Positions 27,320 to 35,773 of a DNA stretch of 64,000 nt are shown in pieces (positions within the stretch are counted from its first letter, which is position 1; every line of letters starts with the position of its first letter). The notes beneath the pieces are model-generated. The model made no database searches. It had not been told where the DNA came from and worked only from the letters and a program-made list of their open reading frames with translations. The DNA is from an uncultured Candidatus Saccharibacteria bacterium (GTDB lineage Bacteria > Patescibacteriota > Saccharimonadia > Saccharimonadales > CAYVSP01), in the NCBI GenBank assembly GCA_964584265.1, contig CAZOZI010000002.1:2340-66339 (forward strand), in the 5' to 3' direction. The position numbers and the translations under genes were made by a program.

Positions 27320-27724
27320 ATGTCAAACGATAAAAAAGTAAAAACGATATCTCAGCAGCAACCACTTTTATATCTTTACTCAATCGTTTTAATAGTTGCA
27401 GAGCTGGCTACTTTTGTTATTTATGTCAAAAACTGGCAGCAACACGTACAGCACTATGAGAATCTCACCAATAGTGTGGTCACAGCAAACATAGAAGCAG
27501 CAACTACGTTTATTATTGTAGTGACAATTATTATGTACCCTCTTATTTATCTGTTAGTAGGCAAAGAACTTAAGCATGTAAAATACGTACTAAAATTTTT
27601 TATGGTTCTATTCTTTCTAGGAGTTGCCGTGACATTCATAAGGGGTTCGCTTTATGGAGTTATACTTGCCTTTGTTGAATTTGGATTTACGTATTATATG
27701 TTTAGGCTCGTAAATGAAATGTAG
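27320..27724 (+). CDS. Hypothetical membrane protein, about 4 TM (cassette gene 2)
   Basis: 134-aa hydrophobic ORF. Promoter TTGCAA-17-TATGCT, then 8 nt to the ATG. Confidence 0.6.
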   Translation: MSNDKKVKTISQQQPLLYLYSIVLIVAELATFVIYVKNWQQHVQHYENLTNSVVTANIEAATTFIIVVTIIMYPLIYLLVGKELKHVKYVLKFFMVLFFLGVAVTFIRGSLYGVILAFVEFGFTYYMFRLVNEM

Positions 27725-27843
27725 TGTAACTCTCGCATCTTACCTAGATAGCAACCACTCCTGATACGGCTCTTCCAATATTTTCCTCCATCTCACTACC
27801 TCATCTCCAATAACGTGTAAGTTTTTACCCATGTAGTGCACCA
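27725..27843 (-). repeat. 119-nt module, copy C
   Basis: Starts at the base after the stop codon of ORF 27320-27724 and ends in gtgcacca. Confidence 0.85.
27740..27832 (-). CDS. Conserved 30-aa small ORF, copy C
   Basis: MGKNLHVIGDEVVRWRKILEEPYQEWLLSR. The region after the stop has decayed (GAT GCG instead of GAG GTG). Confidence 0.45.
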   Translation of the reverse strand: MGKNLHVIGDEVVRWRKILEEPYQEWLLSR

Positions 27844-27846
27844 GGA

Positions 27847-27875
27847 TTGACATAATACATTGAAAATATTATAAT
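27847..27875 (+). promoter_or_regulatory. Perfect-consensus sigma70 promoter, near-leaderless
   Basis: TTGACA (27847-27852), 17 nt, TATAAT (27870-27875), 11 nt to the ATG at 27887. Confidence 0.55.
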
Positions 27876-27886
27876 TTGCTTCACTT

Positions 27887-28810
27887 ATGTCGGATTTTGG
27901 AAATTATCGTTTAGAAGATATTGCAAGAAACCCCGAAAGGGGAGTTTATGATCTTGCGGATGGTTTACTACCAGAAATGGCACATGCCATGGGCTACGAA
28001 CTTAGTGAGGTGCCTACTACTGAAACATTGCAAGGATTTATTGGCCACATTGGGCCGGCAAAAACTTTGCAAGATAATTTCAGCTTGGTTCAAGAGCGTC
28101 TGGCTACCCAAGCCGACGCAACAACCATTGCTGCGGATTGGGTAGATCGATCAGGTAGTCTACTTACTTTAGGCAGAAGCTTTAGAGGGAGGCTTGTTGC
28201 CTCTGCTCAACCTCTTTTGCCTCGTCGGCTTGACAGTGCTGTTTTCAACACTGCCGTAGGACGCTGGCAGGAACGTCGAGCACGAAAACTAATAGATTTA
28301 GCAGAGCAAGGTAAAAAAGTTGGTCGGGTTATCATACTAGCTGGAAATCGTACAATGGGCGAAAACGAACACCCAGAAGTCGCAAAAATGGCAAATGCGG
28401 ATGGTGAGCTGCCAACAGAGGCTCGTTTTGCGGCCGCTTATATAGCCGATATGTTAAAAGCTAACGACGTAGCTCCTGTACATGTCGTGCCTGTGGAAAG
28501 TTCAGTGGGTGATGAGATTTTTAAACAAGGTATAAGCCTGCGTGGACACTTGCTAAACGATGCAGTTTTAGCCGTTGGCAATGCGCCCGCTACGATCCAA
28601 GTAGCTGGTCAGTTTCGTAAAGCAGCGAGAAGTATAAAGCCAGGTTTTGACGATGCCGGTCTTCAATTGTTCATGGCAGGAGATACCATTGAAGTTGCTA
28701 GACACGGCGAAAGCCCTGCTACCCACCAAAATCCGTTTACGGCACTTGGTCAAATTGCCCGCAACGCTCTTGTTCTACATCAAGAAGCGCAGTCTCTAAG
28801 AGAACAATAA
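27887..28810 (+). CDS. Hypothetical protein (cassette gene 3)
   Basis: 307-aa ORF. A weak resemblance to a DUF218-type fold (RVIILAGNR...PTEARFAA) is not convincing. Confidence 0.6.
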   Translation: MSDFGNYRLEDIARNPERGVYDLADGLLPEMAHAMGYELSEVPTTETLQGFIGHIGPAKTLQDNFSLVQERLATQADATTIAADWVDRSGSLLTLGRSFRGRLVASAQPLLPRRLDSAVFNTAVGRWQERRARKLIDLAEQGKKVGRVIILAGNRTMGENEHPEVAKMANADGELPTEARFAAAYIADMLKANDVAPVHVVPVESSVGDEIFKQGISLRGHLLNDAVLAVGNAPATIQVAGQFRKAARSIKPGFDDAGLQLFMAGDTIEVARHGESPATHQNPFTALGQIARNALVLHQEAQSLREQ

Positions 28811-28811
28811 A

Positions 28812-28845
28812 AGTAATCCCCATCTCTTACTTGGTTAGCAAACCT
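28812..28845 (-). repeat. Truncated module copy D (about 34 nt)
   Basis: agtaatccccatctcttacttggttagcaaacc aligns to the first ~34 nt of copies A-C. On the minus strand it reads ..LLTK-TAA-GAG-ATG-GGG-ATT-ACT-TTT, i.e. the uORF end plus a start-codon junction (MGITF versus VGVTF in copy A). Confidence 0.6.
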
Positions 28846-28890
28846 GGAATTTGGTGTACAATTGCATTAGAAATCAATAAGGGGGTTATC

Positions 28891-29118
28891 ATGTGGTATT
28901 TGCTCGGACTTATTCTTTGGGTAATTCTGGCTTTTTGGCCAGCTATAGTAGCAAATCGCAAGGGCTACAGCTTTTTATTGTTCCTTTTAGTTAGTATCCC
29001 GTTCTTCTGGATAACTTTAGTAGTCGTCTATTTACTTAAAGACAAAAATCAAACTGCAGCCGATAGGGCTGCAGATCGTGCAGCCGAAAAAGCCCTTGAT
29101 CGAGAAGAAAACGCTTAA
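28891..29118 (+). CDS. Small membrane protein (2 TM)
   Basis: MWYLLGLILWVILAFWPAIVANRKGYSFLLFLLVSIPFFWITLVVVYLL. GGGGG Shine-Dalgarno 6 nt upstream. Trimmed from ORF 28831-29118. Confidence 0.5.
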   Translation: MWYLLGLILWVILAFWPAIVANRKGYSFLLFLLVSIPFFWITLVVVYLLKDKNQTAADRAADRAAEKALDREENA

Positions 29119-30377
29119 GCAGCTTTTTGTTTAGTTGGTAGCTCGACTCGAACTTTGAATACTTTGCCGCTTGGAATTTTAAAAGACGTTTCCCAGGTTT
29201 CGTTATTGTCATCAAGAATTTGTTGGGTAGCTGGTTCTATATCCTGCCAGGACTTCACAGAAGCGCCCTGAGCACGTAAAGCACGAAAAGCAAGATCCGA
29301 CGGGGTTAAGCCAGGAGTCAGTTCCATCTCTTCAAATTGCGCGGTTGCTTCAGGAGGCAGGGTTGGAGGTTGATTAGGCACAGTTACGGGTGTCGCTGAA
29401 CGAGCAGTTTCAGGTGAGAGCGCTGGACTTGCTGCCTCAGTTCCCGAACCTGCAGAAGACAATGTTACTGGTGCCGCAGGAGCAGTCGCAGCTACTGGTA
29501 CCCGGGCTTGATCCTGGTTACTATTATCCATTTCTTTTAAGCCGAAGCTTGCTAGGAGCACAGCACCAATGGCCATAGCCCCGATTGCTATTTCGGCCCC
29601 TTTATCATGCCAAAATCCTAAAGCCCGCTCAACTGAACTCTGCCACCTGGCCTGTGCCCTTATAAGCACGTTTGGAGTAGGTGACTCATTGCTATGCTTA
29701 GTTGTAATTGCATGAGCTGGCCTGTGTCGCCCGAGTGCATGGGCTGGTTTAAGAATTTTCGGGAATAGAGCCTTTGCCCCTGCATACAATCCACCTAATC
29801 CGTATTGTTTCTTAAAATGCTTAGGTCCAGAGCTTTCGTGTTGAGCCGATAACAAATTTACCTCATCCAATATCTTTCTACCTTCTTGTTGTAAAGTATC
29901 ATCTAGTACAACCTCAGCCTTAGCCTTTGGTTCTTCTTCAACCCCATCTATAATGTCTCTTATGCGCTTCTCCACATCAGTTTCACTTAAACCAGATACC
30001 AGTGAATTCATTTGAGTTGCTTCAGGAATAGCAGCTTCAACAGCCTCACGAGCAGCACTTATCTTAAACTGGCTTGGAAGCTGCGCGGTCATTTCACGAT
30101 AGAGGTGCTCATATGCTTCAACTAATCTATCGTCAGCTTCCTTTAGATCTGAATATAAATCTAAGTCCGAATCAATTTCTGATCTTACTTCTGTCGAAAG
30201 CGGTGATGAAACTCGATCTCCTTTAAAAGAGACGGAATTTTGGTTTTGGACAAGAGCTCTTTTAGCACTAAATTCCTCTCTTAAGTCGTAAACTACCCCG
30301 CCAGTGTCATCAATTTGAACAACTTCGGGTTGTCGAACTTCAGTTATTTGGTCATGGATAGTCTTAAGATCATTCAT
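29115..30377 (-). CDS. Hypothetical protein with a central TM helix and a Pro/Ala/Thr-rich linker
   Basis: 420-aa ORF; IAIGAMAIGAVLLASFGL TM followed by a low-complexity PAAPVT region and a ~90-aa C-terminal domain. Confidence 0.6.
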   Translation of the reverse strand: MNDLKTIHDQITEVRQPEVVQIDDTGGVVYDLREEFSAKRALVQNQNSVSFKGDRVSSPLSTEVRSEIDSDLDLYSDLKEADDRLVEAYEHLYREMTAQLPSQFKISAAREAVEAAIPEATQMNSLVSGLSETDVEKRIRDIIDGVEEEPKAKAEVVLDDTLQQEGRKILDEVNLLSAQHESSGPKHFKKQYGLGGLYAGAKALFPKILKPAHALGRHRPAHAITTKHSNESPTPNVLIRAQARWQSSVERALGFWHDKGAEIAIGAMAIGAVLLASFGLKEMDNSNQDQARVPVAATAPAAPVTLSSAGSGTEAASPALSPETARSATPVTVPNQPPTLPPEATAQFEEMELTPGLTPSDLAFRALRAQGASVKSWQDIEPATQQILDDNNETWETSFKIPSGKVFKVRVELPTKQKAA

Positions 30378-30512
30378 ATATTAACTCTACTTTACCTTAA
30401 TTTTACTCTAAGCACAAAATTATTGCGATACAATAGTGAAGCAAATGGAAATTCTTGTTGATTGTTGCTTGACGTAGTTGAGTACTAAGAAAAAACAAGC
30501 TACTATTTATGT

Positions 30513-31124
30513 ATGAGGAAACTAGTCGTTCTGACGTTTGTATCGCTCGACGGGGTTATGCAAGCTCCGGGTGGATCAGACGAGGATAAGGCCGAAGGCT
30601 TTAAATACGGCGGCTGGACCTTCCCCTATTTTGATGAAGAGTCGGGCAAGGAAATGGGCAAGCAGATAAGTGGGTCTTTCGACCTGTTGTTGGGGCGCAA
30701 GACCTATGATATCTTCGCTCCGTATTGGCCGCAGCAAGATCCAAAAACCAATCCGGTGGCGGGCCCCTTCAACAAGGCTAAGAAGTATGTGGTGTCGCAT
30801 GGCTCGCCGAATCTCAGCTGGGATAATAGCGAGCTTATAACCGGTGATGTAGTCGCCAAGTTAAAGGAGTTGAAAGCGCAGGCCGGGCCGGTGTTGCAGG
30901 TACACGGCAGCAGTAAACTTGTCCAAACACTGTTACAGAACGACCTGGTAGATGAGCTCTGGCTAAAGACATTCCCTGTTATCTTGGGCAAGGGTAAGCG
31001 CCTATTTGACGACAATGCCATCCCCCACACTTGGGACCTAACGTACTCTAACGTTACGCCGAGTGGCGTTATCTTCGCCAACTATAAAAGATCGGGCGAG
31101 GTCAAAACCGGTTCGTTTGTCTAA
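30513..31124 (+). CDS. Dihydrofolate reductase family protein (RibD C-terminal domain type)
   Basis: MRKLVVLTFVSLDGVMQAPGG...LLLGRKTYDIF...VHGSSKLVQTLL is characteristic of the RibD_C / YwjB-like family. Confidence 0.8.
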   Translation: MRKLVVLTFVSLDGVMQAPGGSDEDKAEGFKYGGWTFPYFDEESGKEMGKQISGSFDLLLGRKTYDIFAPYWPQQDPKTNPVAGPFNKAKKYVVSHGSPNLSWDNSELITGDVVAKLKELKAQAGPVLQVHGSSKLVQTLLQNDLVDELWLKTFPVILGKGKRLFDDNAIPHTWDLTYSNVTPSGVIFANYKRSGEVKTGSFV

Positions 31125-31222
31125 CAGCTGTAATTCTTAGCCTTCACCAAATGGTTTAAAGTTCTGGGAGTCACTATCTAAGTTGTTGCTTTTATTTTGT
31201 TTTATATTATAGTAGTTAAATC

Positions 31223-31918
31223 ATGGCCTCTGTGGAGTTATCCGAGTCTGTATTACCTACACCCCTTTCTGGTGGTGGCTTTAAGCCCCCCGAGAAAGTC
31301 TTTACGGTAGCTCAGTTAGAGCCGCCTGAACTGGACCACCTTACCAGAGTCGTAAAGTCGTTACTAGCCCGAACCGCCGGAAGCCCCAATCAAGCTAAAT
31401 GGGATATTACAACAAACCATATGCTTGATTTACTACCGTGGCTAAGGCCGTGGTCTCAGTCAGTCGACGCTTTCTTATCACAGCACGGTAGATCGTTCAC
31501 GCCGCCAATTCGGCGAGATGAGGGATTTTCGTTAAAGGCCTTCTTATCGAGGCCTTCTGAAGACCATATGGATATACCGCGTTTTTGGCCGGCCGCGCTC
31601 ACCATCGGTTTAATTGGTACGCGTGAGCTGGTTGGGATTGTGCAACCTTCACCCGAAGCAACCATAGAACTAGCAGCCAAATTACTTACAGATAAAACAC
31701 CTCTGCGCACACTTGAGGAGGTTGACGGTGTCCCAGTGGAGCGCCACATTCAACAACCTGGCGAAGTAATCACAATCGGCAATTTTGCCACCCTTCACTC
31801 AGGCTATCCGCTAGAAAAAGGTACCGCCTTGGCGATTGCCAACCGAAACCAGCAGAAAGGCAGTGATCCTAGGTACATCATCGATCACTATAAGCGGTTT
31901 TATCCCGAGGTAATGTAA
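31223..31918 (+). CDS. Hypothetical protein
   Basis: 231-aa ORF. TATAGT -10 element 9 nt upstream of the ATG. No motif recognised. Confidence 0.55.
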   Translation: MASVELSESVLPTPLSGGGFKPPEKVFTVAQLEPPELDHLTRVVKSLLARTAGSPNQAKWDITTNHMLDLLPWLRPWSQSVDAFLSQHGRSFTPPIRRDEGFSLKAFLSRPSEDHMDIPRFWPAALTIGLIGTRELVGIVQPSPEATIELAAKLLTDKTPLRTLEEVDGVPVERHIQQPGEVITIGNFATLHSGYPLEKGTALAIANRNQQKGSDPRYIIDHYKRFYPEVM

Positions 31919-31986
31919 CCCGCAATTTAACTTAATACAACCCTTCCAAAAAATGGCTCTATCTGTTAATCTCTTCACAGAGGTAC

Positions 31987-32062
31987 GGCGCTTTAGCTCA
32001 GTTGGTAGAGCAGAGGCTTGAAGAGCCTTGTGTCCCCAGTTCGAGTCTGGGAGGCGCCACCA
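31987..32062 (+). tRNA. tRNA-Phe (anticodon GAA), CCA encoded
   Basis: Acceptor GGCGCUU/AGGCGCC, anticodon arm GAGGC-UUGAAGA-GCCUU, T-arm CCCAG-UUCGAGU-CUGGG. Confidence 0.9.
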
Positions 32063-32093
32063 AGCAAATTGTGAGTGGGCTAAGAAAATTGAA

Positions 32094-32909
32094 ATGAATA
32101 CACCCGTCATAATAGCCGCACATAATGAATCGGCAGGACTCGCTAAAACCCTTGATCGTCTTACGAATGATGTTGAGCCAATTGTAGTTGCAAATGGCTG
32201 TAACGATGATACTGCCGAAATTGCTCAGGCCTTCGGCGCCACCGTAATTGAGTTAGAGGAAAAGAGTAAAACACGAGCGATTCAATATGCTCTAGGATAT
32301 CTTGGTGATAGATCGCTCGAACCTGTGCTATTTTTGGATGCCGACACATACCCAATGAGCAGTAAATGGGCAACCATCATGACTCGGGCGGTAGACACTG
32401 CGGATATCACTCCAAGATTTTCATCAAGCGGAGCTTGGTTTAGGGATGGTAACAGTGTGTTATATGATGGTTTGAGAACAGTCCATTTTATCCAAAAAGT
32501 TATGCAAGCCCGCCGGGTAAAAACAGCTTTACCATCCGGCCGGAATATGGCAACTAGATTCAACTATGAAACACTAGATGCAGTTCTCAGTATGCCTGAT
32601 TATTGGCCCGGGGAAGATCAAGCCATTCGAGACATCATCGTCAAAGCGGGAGGTATAGCATTAGAGGTCATAAACCCCTTTGCTTATGCTATAACTACAG
32701 ACGATAGGGGCGTTGGTATACTGACACGTTTGGTTAAGGGTCCTGATTATGTTGCTCGCACTTATTGGGAAAGTTATTTGGCTGAAGCCCCGCGCGGTTC
32801 AGAACCCTATAATCCTCCATCATGGTATGTCGATAAACTCCAGAAACAGGAGGAAAATCTTGCTCTTACTTCGACTAATGTACAGCTTGGTGGGCGAGAG
32901 AGGACTTGA
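32094..32909 (+). CDS. Glycosyltransferase family 2
   Basis: MNTPVIIAAHNESAGLAKTLDRL...FLDADTYP (DXD-type). Trimmed from ORF 32028-32909, whose 5' part overlaps tRNA-Phe. The last 22 nt overlap the 3' end of the convergent tRNA-Leu(GAG). Confidence 0.7.
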   Translation: MNTPVIIAAHNESAGLAKTLDRLTNDVEPIVVANGCNDDTAEIAQAFGATVIELEEKSKTRAIQYALGYLGDRSLEPVLFLDADTYPMSSKWATIMTRAVDTADITPRFSSSGAWFRDGNSVLYDGLRTVHFIQKVMQARRVKTALPSGRNMATRFNYETLDAVLSMPDYWPGEDQAIRDIIVKAGGIALEVINPFAYAITTDDRGVGILTRLVKGPDYVARTYWESYLAEAPRGSEPYNPPSWYVDKLQKQEENLALTSTNVQLGGRERT

Positions 32910-32973
32910 ACCTCCAAACCTTTCGGCACTACCACCTCAAGGTAGCGTGTTTACCAAATTTCACCACTCGCCC
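32888..32973 (-). tRNA. tRNA-Leu (anticodon GAG), CCA encoded
   Basis: Type II tRNA: acceptor GGGCGAG/CUCGCCC, anticodon arm CUACC-UUGAGGU-GGUAG, long variable arm, T-arm GGAGG-UUCAAGU-CCUCU. Confidence 0.9.
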
Positions 32974-32982
32974 GACAAAGTA

Positions 32983-33630
32983 CTATTTAGCATACGGATC
33001 TGTCGCAAAAACTTCAAGATATCTTTGTCGTTTTCGATGTAGACAAAGCACAGTGTCATTGTAGTACATAAAATTAAATAATTTACGTGAATCATGCTTC
33101 GCATAACTTAGTTGGTATGTACCCTTTCCTGAGAAACGTATACTCCCCTCAACTTCAGGAAGATTCAGCGATATCTTTAATTGTAACCATTTCAAAAAAG
33201 GCAGGCTTGCGCAAACAAAACTAGTATAAAACATGTAACTATTTTTCCATCTTTTATCCCAAACTCCATAAATACAGCCATCCCCATCAAAGTACCCCCT
33301 TAGAAAGTCTGCAAAAAAATCTGACGGTATTTCAATCTCACTTATAGTTAGGCTCTTATTCTGAGTTAATCCTATGGATAAAAGAAAATCGTAAAATGCA
33401 ACATCACCGAATTGAACACGGTAACAAGGTAACCCCGAGCCATTGAACTTAATACCAACTTTAACACTGGGGCGTATGGTATCTCTGAATAACGTGGCAA
33501 GCTGTATGTCCTTAGATGTAAAATCGATATGCCTATTATCATTTAGCAAGCAACCGTCAGCTGTAATAAGTCCAACTATATATGCTAAACTTTCGCTCCA
33601 TTTATAGATTTGACGTGCCTTATACCTCAT
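32983..33630 (-). mobile_element. Free-standing LAGLIDADG homing endonuclease gene (215 aa, two-motif monomeric type)
   Basis: Two LAGLIDADG motifs, LAYIVGLITADGCL and FLRGYFDGDGCI. GGAGGG Shine-Dalgarno. Sits between tRNA-Leu(GAG) and tRNA-Val(UAC). Confidence 0.85.
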
Positions 33631-33680
33631 CCCTCCAGTATATAGCGTCTACCATTAGCTATGCTATACTCAAACAGATC

Positions 33681-33757
33681 GGGCGATTAGCTCAGTTGGC
33701 TAGAGCACCTCGTTTACACCGAGGGGGTCGTAGGTTCGAGTCCTTCATCGCCCACCA
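33681..33757 (+). tRNA. tRNA-Val (anticodon UAC), CCA encoded
   Basis: Acceptor GGGCGAU/AUCGCCC, anticodon arm CCUCG-UUUACAC-CGAGG, T-loop UUCGAGU. One U-U mismatch in the T-stem. Confidence 0.85.
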
Positions 33758-33759
33758 AA

Positions 33760-34044
33760 TTACTGTTCGCTTAAGTGTTTTTGTTGCTCGCGGTAGCGTT
33801 CAGCAAATGAAGTTATACCTTTAAAGGCCACTGTGGCCCAGACAATATTCAGCGTTACGCTGATATATGCGTGCAGATGCAGCTGGTAAATGATTAATAG
33901 CAAAGCGCCGACTAAATTATCAAGCTCATACCAGAAAGATTTATTCTTCCACTTGCCGATACTAATTCGGTAAAAACCAAACAGTAAGCAACACGCTCCA
34001 ATCAATCCAGCAACATTAAAAAAGAAATCTTCACCCACGCTCAA
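33760..34044 (-). CDS. Small membrane protein (3 TM)
   Basis: 94-aa hydrophobic ORF. 4-nt overlap with the upstream FAD oxidase gene suggests co-translation. Confidence 0.55.
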   Translation of the reverse strand: MSVGEDFFFNVAGLIGACCLLFGFYRISIGKWKNKSFWYELDNLVGALLLIIYQLHLHAYISVTLNIVWATVAFKGITSFAERYREQQKHLSEQ

Positions 34045-35681
34045 CTCCGTGGCAAGTGATCATACCACTGCTGCATAGTATATTCGTGGCGCAATAGCGG
34101 CTTAATACTATCCAGGGTTACATCAATTTTAACCCCTGGGTTAAGTATGTGATACGGATCAAAGATGTGTTTGACCCTGCGAAACAGCTCATAGATTTCA
34201 TTGCCGTATAGCTGCGGAAGATATGGTGCCCGTAACCTGCCATCATTATATTCACCACTAGTACTGCCTCCAAAACTCATAACCAATTTGTAGTAGTCCT
34301 CCATTAGACGGAAGACCTTTTGCCGGTCGCCGACTTGGCTTAAATCCAGCAGTGGGCGGGTATATAGATTAGCGTTACCAGCATGGCCCCAGATTGGGGT
34401 ACGTACATGAGATTTAGCAAAAAGCTCGTAAAGTGCGCTCATAAAATCGTGCAATCGATCTATTGGCACAACGCCGTCTTCTACAAATGGCACAGCTTTG
34501 GCATTGCCCTCAGTATGAGCCAAAAAAGCGGTGATACTATGACAAATTTTCCAGAGCTGCTCTTTACGTTGTTCATCGCTTTCGACCTGATAAGTAACAT
34601 TGTACTGATTTAGCAGCTTAGTTAGCTTTTTTACTAAGCGCTTTTGTAGTCGTTCATTGGAATCATCAAATTCAATGAGGGTAATGAGCTTGGGCATTGG
34701 TTTACTAACCACGCCTTTTAAAAGATTTGGGTTATGTTCTTCAATGAACTGCAATAAAACTGCGTCAATCATTTCAACAGCGCTCGGCGCATCAGACAAA
34801 TTACGCAATTCACCCATAAGCTGTTCAGCCACCCGAGTGTCATCAAAGAAGACAGCGATTAGCGTTGTATTAGGATTGTATGGTTCGGAGCTAAGTGTAG
34901 CCTCGGTGATAATGCCAAGGGTGCCCTGTGAACCAACCAATAGTGGTGTCAGATCAAACGAGCCGTCTTTGCGACGTACATTCCACAGGTCATACCCTGT
35001 CGCATTTTTGCTGACGCTACCCAAGGGTGAGTTACCCAGAAGTTGCTCATTTTCTTCTAACAACTTATCAAGAGACCGATATATCTCACCTTCAAGCGTA
35101 GCGAGGCCAAGCTTTTTATTAAGCTCGCGTTTGTTGAGGCGACTGGTCACAATAACTTCGCCATTTGCCAGTACAACACGCAACCCTTTCACATAATCAC
35201 GCATGCAGCCGTATTTGGTAGCCTTTTCTCCGGCCGTATTGTTGGCAATTGCACCCCCAACTGTGGTGTATTCTAGCGACGACGGAAAGGCTGGCAAGAA
35301 ACGACTGTGCGTATGAAGGGTTTGCTGCAACTTGCCAAAATTAATGCCAGGCTCAATTGTCACGATCCCGGTTTTACTATCAAACTCAAGCACGCGGTTC
35401 ATGTGAGCTGGGAAAACCAACATCATGCCCTCGCCAATGGCCGCGCCACTCTCATCGTTACCAAGCCCACGCGGGGTTATGGGTACGAGTCGTCCGCGTT
35501 CTGCTAGCTGCCAACTAAACCGTGCAGTCTTACGTACATCGTTTTCATTGCGTGGATAGGCAATGAGTGTTGGTGTCAGCGTAAAAATGCTGCCATCGGT
35601 GGAAAAATATTTGCGCGCATCGCTTGATGTTAAGACCTCACCAACCAAATGTTCTTGCAAATAGTGCGCTACTTTACTCAT
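34041..35681 (-). CDS. FAD-binding oxidoreductase (FAD-linked oxidase / GlcD-like)
   Basis: 546 aa; ITPRGLGNDESG...TTVGGAIANNTAGE...VGSQGTLGIITEATL are FAD-binding PCMH domain motifs. Paralog of the gene at 1-1529. Confidence 0.85.
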   Translation of the reverse strand: MSKVAHYLQEHLVGEVLTSSDARKYFSTDGSIFTLTPTLIAYPRNENDVRKTARFSWQLAERGRLVPITPRGLGNDESGAAIGEGMMLVFPAHMNRVLEFDSKTGIVTIEPGINFGKLQQTLHTHSRFLPAFPSSLEYTTVGGAIANNTAGEKATKYGCMRDYVKGLRVVLANGEVIVTSRLNKRELNKKLGLATLEGEIYRSLDKLLEENEQLLGNSPLGSVSKNATGYDLWNVRRKDGSFDLTPLLVGSQGTLGIITEATLSSEPYNPNTTLIAVFFDDTRVAEQLMGELRNLSDAPSAVEMIDAVLLQFIEEHNPNLLKGVVSKPMPKLITLIEFDDSNERLQKRLVKKLTKLLNQYNVTYQVESDEQRKEQLWKICHSITAFLAHTEGNAKAVPFVEDGVVPIDRLHDFMSALYELFAKSHVRTPIWGHAGNANLYTRPLLDLSQVGDRQKVFRLMEDYYKLVMSFGGSTSGEYNDGRLRAPYLPQLYGNEIYELFRRVKHIFDPYHILNPGVKIDVTLDSIKPLLRHEYTMQQWYDHLPRS

Positions 35682-35773
35682 CGAATTATAGACCTCTAGT
35701 CCTCGGGGTTAATAAGTACCTAGCTAATATAGCACAAATTAAGAAGTTGGATATGACGTCTAATTTTTGGAAA

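Noticed and set aside
26174-27843. The 119-nt repeats read as a diversity-generating retroelement TR/VR pair, or as a CRISPR array
   Set aside because: Differences between copies are not restricted to adenine positions, and no reverse transcriptase is nearby. The repeats are 119 nt and separated by 0.5-1 kb of gene-containing units, not by 25-40 nt spacers.
26174-27843. A classical integron attC array
   Set aside because: There is no intI gene or attI. The module boundaries do not show the RYYYAAC / GTTRRRY core pair. The units carry their own promoters. The module evolves like a protein-coding sequence. The integron comparison is kept only as an analogy.
27887-28810. Calling the 307-aa cassette protein a second DUF218 protein
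   Set aside because: Only a short VIILAGNR / TEARFAA resemblance is visible by eye. That is insufficient without a profile search.
31811-32110. ORFs overlapping tRNA genes (31811-32110, 23865-24053, 23914-24126, 32749-33042, 33582-33824, and the N-terminal 25 codons of 17684-18685)
   Set aside because: They are read through or antisense to well-folded tRNA genes. They have no Shine-Dalgarno or promoter support and no recognisable protein features.
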